Shown piece after piece: positions 12,515 through 26,000 of a stretch of 64,000 bases of DNA (positions are counted from its first letter, which is position 1; every line of letters begins with the position of its first letter). The stretch lies in contig NMRA01000147.1 of the NCBI GenBank assembly GCA_002633005.1, forward strand, positions 543,988 to 607,987, read 5' to 3'. A model generated the notes under the pieces. That model was not told the DNA's origin, did not search any database, and was given only the letters and a program-made list of their open reading frames with translations. The translations under genes were made by a program, and so were the position numbers. Source of the DNA: Phoronis australis (taxonomy: Eukaryota > Animalia > Phoronida).

Positions 12515-14514
12515 CGCCAGTTAATTCGTCCATGATATCCTGAAAACAACCAGGGGCTGAACTAATCCCAAATGGCAATCTCTTTTAGAAGACCTTTACG
12601 ATGTGTGGATAGTGCCAGACGTCTCTGACTATCCGAAGTTAATTTAATCTGATCATACGCATCAACCAAATCAATTTTCGTGAAATAAAAGCCGCCAATG
12701 AGCTTTTGCATAAGATCTTCAGGCAGGGGTAGCGGATGACAATGAGTTTCAAGCTGAGGATTTATCGTTACTGAGTAATCTCCGCATACTCTTAATTTCT
12801 GTTTACTTTGGTCAGGAAGCGGTGCCTTTCTTATGGGGACAACTGGTGTTCCATACTCGTTGAATTGTGTAGGTTCCCAAATTCCACGTTTAATACCAGC
12901 ATCTTATGCCAGATTCAAGTCATCCAGTAATGCAAAAGGTACTGTGCGAGGTTTGCAAAATATTGGTTGGACATCAGGCTTGAATTTTACGTCTAATTCG
13001 AAACCTTTTAAATATCCCAGTTCAGGTTTGATTAGGTCTGGAAATTCATCGCAGATGATTTTGCACGCTTGCTGAAACTCTACATCACTTTTCTTGTCCT
13101 CATGACAAACAACACTAACTTTGTCATTTTGGTTGTCATCACGCAAAATGGAATTCCTACAGAGTGCAGTGACATCAATCTTTAGTTGTCGAACTGCCGT
13201 TCGGCTAACAATATTCAAATCGTGTTTGCTTACTACTAATTCAATGTTTGCTGTATGCTGCGAATCGGACTGTAATGTTGCGTTTGTACTGAAAATTCCC
13301 AAAACTGGTAATGGTTTTTCATTTGCCGCGAAATACTGACTGTGTGATGGAGATAAAACAGGTTTTCCAGGTGTAAACCAAACCTTGGCCGCATATGTGA
13401 ACAACAATCTGAATCAGATCTCGATCCGAAATGTGATTAACTTTCTGTTCTGGCCTTGCTAAAATACTGCTTACTTTATCCCTAGCCTTTCTTTTGCTTA
13501 GACATACAGCCTCTATATGACCTTTCTTGTGACAGAAACGGCATTCAGTCTCTTTAAAACGACAATCCATTGCCGCGTTATCTTTTTTTCCACAACGGGG
13601 ACATGTTCCCTTTGGAAAATCCCTAAACTTCTGTGCTTTTCCCTTCCTGCTTTCTTTCCTCCTTTTCTTTTATAACTTAAGCACTGGATCTCCGTAAACC
13701 GTTTCTTTTGCAACTTTGGACGCCTCTTCAATTTCTGTTGCTATTTCTATGGCTTTCTTAAAAGATAATTCATCATCTTTTATTTTGAAAAGGGCTCTTA
13801 AGACCGCCTCATTATTAATTGAACAAATAAACGTAGTTCTCATAGCTTCATCCTGAGGATCCTTTATTGTTGGAAGATCGCATTTTGCACTGTCTTGTCG
13901 AATACGAGCTGCTAGCTCCTGTATTGACTCACCTGGCTGTCTTCTTGTGTTAGACCAAAATTTGAATCGCTCCCGGACTACAAAATACTTCGAATCGAAT
14001 TGATTCTCCATAAATGTTGTAATTTCATTGATTGTCAGTTGATTGATATCCTTGGAAGGTGTCTGCTGCTCTGCCAAAGTTGCAAGCAACTTATAAACTG
14101 TAGACGTCTGATTCGTCAAGAAAGTGTGTGCCAAAAAGTTTTTCTATAGGTATGGAATGTGCCCCTGCAAATGTTTGGAATCTGGACCAATAATCCTTCC
14201 AGAGTTCCACTGAACTGTCGAACGCACCAAAAGTTGGCGTAGATGTCGTTGGTTGGTGCATCAGCTTACTATTGACCATCTCAACAAAACACTGATGATT
14301 CTCTTGCTGTTGGTTGATTTGTTGTTGTAATAACGAAATAATGCCAGCCAACTCACCCATCTTTTTTATATCCTGCCAACAACGCCAGAATACGTTATGT
14401 TTTTGTAATAAAAAGAAGCAGAAACGTATAAAAGAAATGTAAAATATATTGACAGGAATTAAGAATGACGTCACAAAAGGATGACGTCAAAGATAACTAT
14501 AGAACATCACAACA
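12515..14514 (-). mobile_element. Degenerate, 3'-truncated Ty3/Gypsy (Mag/K02A2.6-like) LTR retrotransposon
   Basis: Frameshifted gag (VVRERFKFW..RRQPGESIQELAARIR; CCHC knuckle CRFCHKKGHIEAVC) and RT start (PIFCKPRTVPFAL, TPVVP, ICGDYSVTINPQL, KIDLVDAY, FGISSAPG). PBS TGGCGTTGTTGGCAGGAT (14370-14387) resembles the complement of tRNA-Ser. Putative short 5' LTR at ~14390-14514. Confidence 0.85.
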
Positions 14515-17041
14515 AAAGTGGTGAAGCAGCAATTGCACCGGACCCTACTCCAAGAGACCCTGGCACCTTTGTTAAGAATATATGTACCCGTCTTTCTTGC
14601 TAAATTTGACTTAAAAATTGGTAAAGGGCTCACAAAAACTACAAAAATAATTAATTATTACAGGCTATCTCATCATTACCGAGTTGGCTAATTGCACAGA
14701 ATTATAGAGAAGGTCCTACATTTAACTGGGGAAGGGCCCTGCCAAGCGACCATTTCTGGTGATGGTACCGGGTAACTTCTTTTGTCCTTTCTCGTAAATT
14801 GTCCCTATTTGCCGAACTATTTTGAGCAGACTTACGAAATGTCGTTGATTACCACGATAGCAGTCCTAGGAAGAGACCATTAAAGTAATATTGTTATATT
14901 ATTATATATTTATTTTATTTATTTATCATTATTTATTTCTTTATTGACTATTAATAACTTAAATTATTTTGGTCACATATAGTCAGCATACCCCTAGAAG
15001 CATGCTGTTTACGGTGCGGTAGCTCGTGTATTAGAAATCAATGATCATCCCCGGCCACTTTGTCTGGTGTACGCGCATGCGCAGTTAAAACTGTGTTAAT
15101 AGTCGACGGATTGGACACTGTGCAGCAAGTTTTGGCGTACACAAGATTTTCCTTATCTGCTGATTATTGTTAAGGCATCTTGACCGATTCTGATGAAAGT
15201 TCACACTCAGATTTATAGCTGGAATGCGAAAGCACCAATAGATTTTTGGACGAATTTAAGTGTCGTGTCAACCCGTTTTCAACAAAATATTGCTTGTCTA
15301 AAGTTATTGTCAAAACGGCTCAACATAGTTCAGCGAAAGATAGCATAGAGGTACATGGCGGAGATGTGTCGGCACCAGTCTATTTTCGTGCAAATTGTAG
15401 TTAGAGGCGAACATTTATTTTCTATCGTAGTATGGGCTTTAGTGTCATAGTTTGAATTGTATGGCTTGGTAACCTGCTTCATAATTTGTCATAAGTGAAT
15501 TTGAAGGAAACGTTCCGTTAAAGACATATTGAGCCTTATTATGTCTGCTACCTTAGAAAACCCGTTACACTCACTCACTATGTCGATTTAGTCCTATGAC
15601 ATTGAGGTCGTAATTATAAACAGTTGCCTCGACACCTCATTACCCTCGAAGGCGATGTCGATTGTTTTGAGGCGGGTCTAAAACCATCAAGTCAGAAAAT
15701 TAAGTCAACACTTCTCGTTTTCTGTGGTTGGAATGGATATCATGCTCGTTGTTTTTGGTTTAATAAACGGCTTCAGTTCATTCTTATGTTATTTACTTTG
15801 ATGTTGGTCATTTTTTTACCCGCCACTAGGTCGGGCGTGAATATTAACTAAAGGCTGATAGTCGAGTGTGAGTCGATAAAAATGACTTTTTCTGCTTTAT
15901 GAAAACTGGAGGGTATCATAAAAATTGCCCCCAGATGGACCGTGTATTCAATAAGCCTGTCAATTTTTGGGAGGAGGGAGAGACTAGACGCTGCAGGCAG
16001 GAATTCCAACTCCATCGATTTTCAACTCCCTCCGGTTGCCCCCTAATTGACCACCCCACCGTCCGAGTCCAACTACCCCTTTCAGGTCCCACCAAGCACG
16101 GATCCAGAGGGTCTAGACCTCCCTGCTCGAATGGGGATGTGGTAAGGGGGATTTTTTGAAAAAATTCTACCTCCGGCGATGCCGGATGGCATTTGGGAAA
16201 CAAACTAGTAGCAGAGGAGAGAGTGTGGTTTGAGCTACGAATTCCCGTTTGGGAGACCCGGGTTCGAATCCTGGCTTTACTAACGGACAATCGAGCATTG
16301 CACAAAAGTGTCTCCTACTCATCTGAGCTTGGTTTTACTTCGAGGATGCAAGGGGATACATGAGAATTTACGGAATATTCGACTTACTACGAGTGTAAAG
16401 TGTAAAGAAGAGAAAGAAAAGTTTTTTGCTGGTGCCTTCGGCAGCCCTATTCTAGTCTCCCCTCCCTAGACAAAATTCTGCAGGATCTGCACCTGGCCAC
16501 CAAACAATCTCCGACTTTCACCCGGTCACCACTGCTTATGATGCCCGGCTTGATTTACTCGAGTTTCCGCCTATGTGTGTGAGTTTTTCCAATGCACCAG
16601 TCATAGTTTATATTCTTAATGTTTTAAACGAAATGCACATCACAATTTTGAATTTGATATAATAAAATCGGACTATGAACACGGGAACTTCCGTACTTCC
16701 TCATCACACACACCCGCTAGGTGACGCTACACCCCTGAAACAATGGCGGCGGTGGCCAAAGTGGTTTGTCTTCCTTTCTAATCGTCATTGCTGATCGACT
16801 CGTTGATGAAAGCGTCTCGCCACCTGGCAACTGTTGCCTTTACCGTACATGCCTGACAGCCAGAATTGCGTATTACACGACATTGCACATCCTATGCTGG
16901 GGGCCACTCTGGTTTCGCTCTTCAGGGCAAAAAGCTTGTAAGTTGCTCCCGGTATTGCCTAGTTGCTCTAATGCGGCGCCGTTGAGAAACATTAGAATTA
17001 AAGTCATATGACCAATCATGTGACCATAGATATCAGTCAAA

Positions 17042-20000
17042 ATGGACGTTCAGTGTGTATCGCTTCATGTGCCTTCGCTTGAAGAGGTTGCCACAGGTAT
17101 TTTGAATACTTCCCGAGACAGTGCACTTGACGATTTCTTGTCAAAAATATTGCTGGCATATCTACTGGTTTACAAGTTGCAAGTCTAAGCTAGGAAATCT
17201 TAGTAGTGATGTGGTGAATCTGTAGTGAGTACTTTATTCTATTACGCGAAGTATACAATAATACATTTGGGTGTTGAGAAAATCCCTGGGAAATTTATAG
17301 TCAAGACAGAACCCTGCTCCCAGTTCTATCTCAGTGAGAGACTCCATAACTGGGACTCTGCTCTGGGTTTGACTCAGTGTGTTCACATGTGGTCTGTAAT
17401 AAGCCTGGTAGATAATTGGCCTGCCTGCACTTAGCATTTAACAAAGAAGCTAGATGTTATCACACGCTCACAGCCCTCTACATCTGGTAAACTCACTGAA
17501 CGGAAAAATGCCGTCATGTAGTGCCATAATGGCTGAGAGGAGGCGGATGTAGAAGGTGCCAATCTGATGTTGAGTTCCAGGCAGCGTTACCAGTCATTGG
17601 ATGGGGAAGTGTGTGGTGAATCTGCAGTGAGGGTAGTAAAATAAAAGCCTCTGTTCATCACTCACCTACAGGCAATTGCCCTTCGGTCAAGTGGTTAAGA
17701 CACCTGGCACTGAAGCAAGAGGTACTGGGTTCGAAACCTGGACTAGGTGATTTTTCATGTGACTTCCAGCCAGGTGTGACGTGCAGCCAGATAAATCCTC
17801 TCTAGCAGCAATTGCCTCTTGGCTGAACAGTTTGGATGCTCGCCTGTCACACGCGAAAACTGGATTTAAGTCCCAGAGTAACTGACTGGTTAGGATGCCT
17901 GGCATTGAAGCATAAGGTACCAGGTTCGAAACTTGGACTACTAGTGATTTTTCAGTGCAGTAATTTGCCGAGATTACCTGACCTGGGAATCGAACCAGTG
18001 ATACTGATAAACATGCATGCTTACCATTCAGCTTATAGGCAATTGCCTGTTAGGGAGGCTAACAGAGGCTCATATGATTCACCTGAACCATGTCTTCAAT
18101 ATTCCCCCCTATCTTACGGAACATGCAGGCAGGCTGTTGGCTGTAGATCTTGGCAACACCCTAGCGTTCTGGAATTTGCCTTCAGTAACGCTCTCCTCGT
18201 GTTCTTGATCCACACCAATTGCACCCCGTCTGAGATCTGCAGGCCCCTGAGTTCACAGTGCTTTATCAGTAGATCACCCATGTGCCGACTACGCCAGTTG
18301 TAGGAATTGCCAAACCTGACCTGGAAATCTACCCAATGACCCTGATAAAATCATCAAGCGTGCTAAACCATTCAACTAATAGGCAATTGCCCTTTAGCGA
18401 GTGGCTAACGAGGGCTTATACGATTCACTGGAGAGTGACTACAACAGTGTGGATATTTCATTACTAAGAAGTTGAAAATTTTGCATTTTTATCGACTCGC
18501 CTACAATGCCAGCTTCGCTCATTGAAACCATTTCTATATTGCACAATAAAAACTGCTGAAGAAACTTTTTCTCATCAAATATTTCAGTTCATCAAATATC
18601 AATCGTTTGGGTGATGTCCTTCATTAGGCGCTACCTCATATTTCCCAACCAGCAAACGGGGGTGGGATTACAACACAATAGTCATCTACCAGAGTGCCTG
18701 GACTTTAATGACCGGCTTCTTTTACTTTGAAACACTTTTGTGTCAGTGATAACCACTACCTGTCCATGGCAACATTTAGATACTACATAATATAGAAACC
18801 AGATCCATCATTGAAAATTGAACTTTTTGATTGTTTGAGCAGCAAAACAAAAATCGGTTAACTGCAATAGAAGAAAAGTGAAATAGCACGCATTGCAATT
18901 GTTATTTCTTCATTATAGGCAATTTTTTCCTGAAGTCAATGAGCTATTTTGAGTTATGTATCATCTGTCTGGAGGGGTCATGGTGTTTTACTTTAATTAT
19001 TCTATTACGCAAACTATACATTTTGGGTGTTGAGAAAATCCCTGGGAAATTAATAGTCAAGACAGAACCTTGCCCCTAATACTATCTCAGTGAGGGACTC
19101 CATAACTACAGTGCTGATGCCAACTGCTGCTTTTTCCACCCGGTTTATTGTGAAAAAATGGGTTACTTGTCCGTAGAAAACTTGGCACTGACGATGATGT
19201 AGCAACCTCATTGTGTAACTTGCCTGAGCAACACAATGGGCCTACTTGACGTACACCCCCTTATCAGGGTGATGCATGAGGGAGTGGTGGATTGTGAATG
19301 ATTAATTAATCTCATATTTCAGATTTCACTCTCGTGAGCATCGTTGGTTAAGTGGTGTAATCAAACTGATTTCAGTCATTTTACTGAAAAGGAAAGTAAC
19401 CAACATGTAATTATTTCATTTGGAGGCATGAGTGAACACGAGGAGTAAAATCGGTAAACTCAGTATTTATGCCATGTACAGGTCTAGTTCGCTTAAAAGG
19501 CATTGGATTGTCACCCTTTTTGGACAAAAATAATTGCCAAAAATGTCATGTTTTCATTGTTAAAGGGCTTCTAACATTATTCATTGTGGTTATCCATGAA
19601 ATTTCACTAGTCTACCCTACTGTGTCCTGAGGTGATGAGATTGTACCCTAGTCATGACTGATACAACAAACATTGAGCATTGCGGCTCAATTGTGGAGGT
19701 TTGAAATTTGAGTGTGATGAACTACCACGCTCAGAATTGATCCTGGTGAAAACACTGTTGCCATGTCATTTAGTTTTCAGTCCCATCTAGTTATTTGAAT
19801 TATTCATATACCTCTTGGGAGCACATACCTGCTTTTATGACCAGTTTCTATGGTTTGGGTTCTGGGCCCCCAGTCACAGCACTGTCTACACTCTTTACTA
19901 AGTTAGGCTGACTTGGCTTGTGCACATAATAATCCAGTTATAATTAGCAAATTAACAAAGCATGGTATCGTTTACTTATTCACTGGGCACTGCAAAGCAT

Positions 20001-23000
20001 TGTTTATTGGAAAGAATAAGGCATGTTTTTGACATGAATGAACAATTGTCCGAGTGTCAATCTGTGCAAATATATGCCTATAGTCCGCTGTCTCTGTTGT
20101 CAAATCTTAAGTTTAAAAATTTTTACTTTCAGTTTTGCAAGAGGGATTAGAAGGAAACTTCAGCAGTGTTGAGGTGAAGGTCGTCGACTGTCCTGATTTA
20201 ACACAATCACCATTTACATTAGCAGCACCAGGTTTGTATTGTGTCATTTGTGTGCCATCATATTCAGGTCATATTTTCATCGTACTTGCTAGGTCCCATC
20301 CTCGTCGCCAAGTTGTAATGCTTGGTGTTTGTACACAGGCAAACCACAAAGGATATTACTGGAATGACAGTAGAGTTCTTTGGAGGCTGCCATCTTTATT
20401 CCCACTCCTCCACGCCATCTGTTGTACACAACAATAACCAGTACACTGCATCATGAGTATAAGTTTTTAATGTAGTTGAGGAGGCGATGTGGCCTAGTGT
20501 GAGATAAGTGTCTGCTTCGTTTACACAACGTTGTGGGTTCGAGTCCCACTGGGGTACACTGCTGGACCTGTCACAATGTGTACATACCAGATTGATTGCA
20601 ATTGTTTATGTATTTTACGAACCTAGTTCATTACTGAATCAAAAGCTAAAATGTCGCAAGTATATACAAACGAATAGACACCATATTCAACCTTTACATG
20701 GAAAGGCCAAGGAGGGCAGGGAATGTTCTCAGGTCAAGGCCTTGATTTTGTGGCAGCAACACAAGAGACTTGAAATGGATGTGATTCTACCCTTATGATG
20801 AGTCTCACTTAAAAGTCACAGAGTGCGGGGAATATTCCTTGGTCTTCCTGTTCTGGCATCAGTGAAGTGATAGATATGGGCAGCGAAAAGGTTCAAAATA
20901 GACACCAGTGCCAAATGAACAAGTGGTTTGCTAAACAGACAAGTGATTCATCAAATAAACAGGTCAAGAATGTTATGGTTTTCCAAACAGACAAGTCAAC
21001 TTTGCAGATTTTGTCGGATAAACAAGTGCCTACTGTTGAACAAACAAGTAAGTTGGCAAATGATTAAGTAGGTTACCAAACAGACAAGTAACCTTGTAGG
21101 CTCAACTTGTCGAACAGACAAGTCATCTGTTAAACGAACAAGACAAACTTGGCAAACGAACAGAGGGCGCCACTTGAAAAAGAATGACCTCACAGAGTCT
21201 CAGTCTGACTGATCCCCAAACCTGCATTATGTTATTGCAAATAAAGGTAACTCAAACTGAAGCTACCGAGGTGTTTAATTTCCAACGATATTTTGAGAAA
21301 CATGATTGAAGAAAGTGACATAAACGGTGTTTTTCAAACTTTAAAACAAAAAGTATGTTGTGTAAATGCAAAATTAACTTCGTTAGTACGGCGAATACAG
21401 GACCACATCAATTTCAACTTTCGTCAAAGAAGAGGATAACCCAGTAATACGTAATCACAAAATAACAAACCTGATCACACATGATTGCATGTCATAATAT
21501 TAACAGTTTGACCTAAAATTATGGAATAACGTTTAATTGGCGGGGTGGCCGAACCACGCTTTAAATACCTGTTTACATATGTGGCCATGAAACAGTTCAA
21601 TCTACCATTTGGCAGCTTGGTTTAATCAAGCAAACACATCACGATTCCATAAATTTATTTAAGAATAGTCGATGACAAATTGAGAACAGTCCTATGAAAG
21701 AAATTCTTCACTGCAACAGACCACCAAAACAACTTTTTGGAATTTTTGTGCTCATTGCGGGGCTCAGGACTTCGTGACGTCAACTATTTCTTGAGTTGGG
21801 ACAGCGCCCTCTGTCCTGTCTGTTCGACTACTACGTCTGTTTGGCAAGACCAACATGTTTGACTTGACTAACCTGTCTGTTTGATAGAAGTGACCTGTTC
21901 GTTCAGCGCAAGTAACCTGTCTGTTCGGCGCAACTAACTTGTTCGTTCGCTAAATAACCTGTCTGTTTGTCGAAAATAAACCAAATAACCTGTCTGTTTG
22001 CCAAAACTGAACCAAATAACCTGTCTGTTTGTCGAAAATAAACCAAATAACCTGTCTATTTGTCAAAATTTAACCAAATAACCTGTCTGTTTGCCAAAAC
22101 TGAACCAAATAACCTGTCTGTTTAAAAAGTAACTTTAATTGTTTATTTGGCAATGTTGTCTATTTTGAACCTTTTCGCTGCCCATAGATAGAATATATTT
22201 GCAGTCCAATCCTTACACCACTTGACTGAGTGCAGAGAGTATTTTTTAATTCTATGCTTGAAGTATTCTCCAACTTTTGATATTGCCACAGGCACTGCAA
22301 GAACTGGAAAGCAAAGTTGGGGTGTAGTTTTTGACTACCAAGAAAATGCTTGCATTGAGGAAATATTCTATCTCAAGTACCGAGATTTGGTATCAAAATC
22401 ATCATTTTTGCCCTATTTCAGCCACAGATTACCAATTCGTCCCTATTAAAAACAGTTTCTTTCCCATATAGATATTCAGGTCATTCCATGACTGTAGTGT
22501 TCCTCTTGTATCTAATCCCGAGTGATCCAATATAGTTTTTCCAAGCAACATTAGGTCAAAAAGGTATTTCCTGCCATGAATTGTACGATGACACTTGGCT
22601 TACCTCAAAATCTAACTGCCGTCTGGTGGTTTGGCAACTAGACAAATTATGTTGCACAGCACCCATCACAATTAATGAGGAACATATTACTGAAACATAA
22701 AAATGTTTTAGGTTGCAAAAGTCACATGTCTTACCCAATTTTCAAAATTCAAAAACCTAATTACGTGTGCTTTTCACAAACTATTCAAATTATGCTATTT
22801 ACAAACTTTCAAAATGAAAATTTAAAAATACTATTGTCGCCCCAATGTGTTTATGATGGTTTCATTATCTACAGAAACATAACATCAACAGCCTGGGACG
22901 ATTTAATTAACCACAACAGTATTGTGTCTTTGATCTAAACTGGCAGATTCTGTGGTGCACAAACCGGTTGAGTTGCCCAATCTTGACCGGTTAGGTTATC

Positions 23001-26000
23001 AATGTAGGATTCTTTTCATGTGATTTTGGTTTTGAAGATTGATGCGGTGATGCGATATCTTACAGTCTTTTTAATTTTCAAAAAGAAAAACTCTCGCCAG
23101 ATGCCAGCTGAAGTGGGTTGGAGTGCTTGTTTTCTCATCGCCACATGTTGCCAAATGAAGTGAACTTGCATCCTTTTGTCCCTTGCTTCACCGTTGCAGT
23201 GGCACCCATTATCTGCCAACTGGAGGCNACTGATCTCTTGTGTTCAACCCATGACGTCACATGGCGGGAAATGTGAAAATTGGCAAAATTGAAAGAAAAA
23301 TCAAAATTTTGAGCTAATTACACAAAATAAACATGGGTTTAGCTAAATTTTACGTCATACATTTAGTCTGTGGCCACCGGTAATTCAAAATGTGCAAAAA
23401 TCCATGGTGTGTACTGTTTAAGCTGCTGAGTTTTGCAATACTTGTTTTGTTGGTGCTCTCAGCCAGTTCAGATATTTGTATTTTTCTTGCTCAGATAAAT
23501 CTCTTGAATAGAGAACAAGTTTTATTTAAATGCAAGTTCAATCTTGGATGTTGGGTTTGGGCAAAGAGAAACTTCATTTCGTTTCAATGTACATGTACCC
23601 TGCTCTTGAATATTTCAGAAATACAATTTGGAAGATGTGCTGAAGAAGGTTGAACTGCCCTCTGGTGGCTACCTATGTGGTGCTGGTGCTGGACCATTCT
23701 ATGATGTGGGTGTGAATTGTGAGGCAAGTTGACTGATACTTGGGGTACAATGTATCTATTATAGACACCAGTCCTGAAATCACACATACATGTGGTCCAT
23801 GTTGAGGTGTGATCATGCATTGGGCATTTCTGAAAGACTGGGATTCTTCGCCATTATTTTTCTTGTATTTGTTTGAAGAAACACTGGTTTGATATTACCG
23901 AGCCTGTTCTATACCCCTTTTACTGACCATCGAGATACTGATTGACTTTGTAATGCAATACATGTAACCAGGTATGATAACATCAGATTATTCTATAACG
24001 ACCACAACATGACCCAGTTGACACTAACGATTCTTAGTGAAAGTCTAACTGTGAATAGATTGCCACAAAAATTCCTCTGACTGCTGCCATAATTTAGTTT
24101 CAAGAGTAATTTACGTTGGCCATGTTTAACTGGATCAATGCAGCCCAACTAATGAAGTGATGTCTTTGCAGATGATGGCTAACTTGAACGTAGCGCCATC
24201 TGGTGATGTTGACAACCAAACCTATTTGTCTAAGGTGGATACTGGGGATGGATCGTGTATTCTGCACAAGTCTCCTTCCACTAACTTTGCTTTGCTGGGC
24301 AACTTTTTTTGCTCTGAGGGAAAGACAGGAAAGGTTTGCGACATTCCAAAAGGTGTCACTCTTTATCCAAGGCTGTTAGAAGCATCTGCTTGCCAATTGA
24401 GCTTTTTGTTCTTAAAGAACTCCTGAAAACACTGAACAAAGTGGATCTTTCACTTGTTTTAAAGTGACAAGCTGGAATCAATGTAGTGCACTGTAGTCTT
24501 AATAACTGTATCTTGACCAGATGAATGTAGATTTTGTTGTACTAAAACTAATTGTTAATAAAAGCTGCATTAGGATTTCATTTGTGGCCAACTTCAGCAC
24601 ATGCACAACTTACTATCAGTTTCAAATTATTAAATTTGATCTTGCGACAGAATGTAGCTTTGATCAGTACATCACATTGGACGGAGTTGACGTGGTTCAC
24701 TGCTCAATGTGCTTTGTCTTTTCTATCATAATTTCCTCTTGTCAGGCTTATGTTTTGAGGGGGCACACTGGCTTTATAAGGGGCCTTGGGTAGTGGCAGG
24801 CACAAAGTCCCTTGTTGACACAAACCGTACCCAACTTTCTGGTGACTGCTCGTCCCCCCCGCATGACTGGTGCCTGCTGGTTTGACGTGAGCGTCTCAGT
24901 ATTAAAATGTGAAAAATGTACATTAAGAAAAAGTTCAGTTAATATTGCGAAACATGGTCATGGTATCTTGGTAATTGTTTTACAGATATTGTTAGATATG
25001 TCCTATGATGTTGACAATTTTATTGGTTATAAAACAGCCAAAACATCACCCTCGTTTGACTTCTGATAGGTGCTTGAGGTGAAAGCTGGTAACAGGAGTG
25101 GACAACTTAACTACATGGACTGTATACGAGCTACACTGGCCAACAAATACAAGGAAAAGGCTGTTGCGTTGGGCGGCACATTTCTAATAGACAATGGGAA
25201 GGCAAGAATTCACATCATGGTACGAAATTGGGATCAATAGCAACGTTTTTGCTCCTTTTTAGTGAAAATGGAGGCTATATTGTTGATAAATATTTACAAA
25301 GCTGTAATAGTGGATCGATGGTTAATATTCACCATGACTCGAGTCTCATTTATCAACCCAAGGTGTTACCCCTGGTCATAGCCAGCCAGCTAGCTGTATG
25401 AAGACTATCGTCAAATAGTATACAGTCCGCTTTGTACCAAAGCTACCCTGGTCATAACAAAGACGAGACTATGCTCATATAACATACTAACAGCCACTTT
25501 TATAATCCAGTTCATCAAGTGTTTAAAACTAAAAATCAATTATCTTCAGTTCGTTGATTAAACTGCCACCCGTCCCCAGTTTGACATATATAGAACACGA
25601 TACCTCAGTATTTTAAGCTCTGTCTGATTTTATGTAGCATTGTTCTTCTACGCGTAAAATAACTGCCACAGTGGACCGAGCTTAATGTTATACCCTCGTG
25701 TTTGACATACATTATGATAATAAGCGGGATATTCCATTAAGGCCTTAACGTATGTTTTGCGTTTCATAAACAATACGTGGAAACATAACCATGATACTAT
25801 ACCTATTTATTGGGAAATGATTAGTTTGCATTGCATGACAATAACTGGGATATTTTATTATCAGTATGACGTTCTGTAGGCTCTACTCTACTACCATTGT
25901 CAATGTGGTTACAAAATAACAAACCACCTAAATCCTTCACTCCACCTAAACAAACCAAGTTTTTCAAAACACCAAGTATCCCTTGTCCCAATCGAAAGCT

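Noticed and set aside
16738-16770. AACAATGGCGGC (YY1-like motif or alternative first exon of C11orf54)
   Set aside because: Plausible promoter element, but no in-frame splice to 17042 could be supported.
21950-22125. CRISPR-like regularly spaced repeats
   Set aside because: The intervening sequences are short and repeat each other; this is the subterminal array of the MITE.
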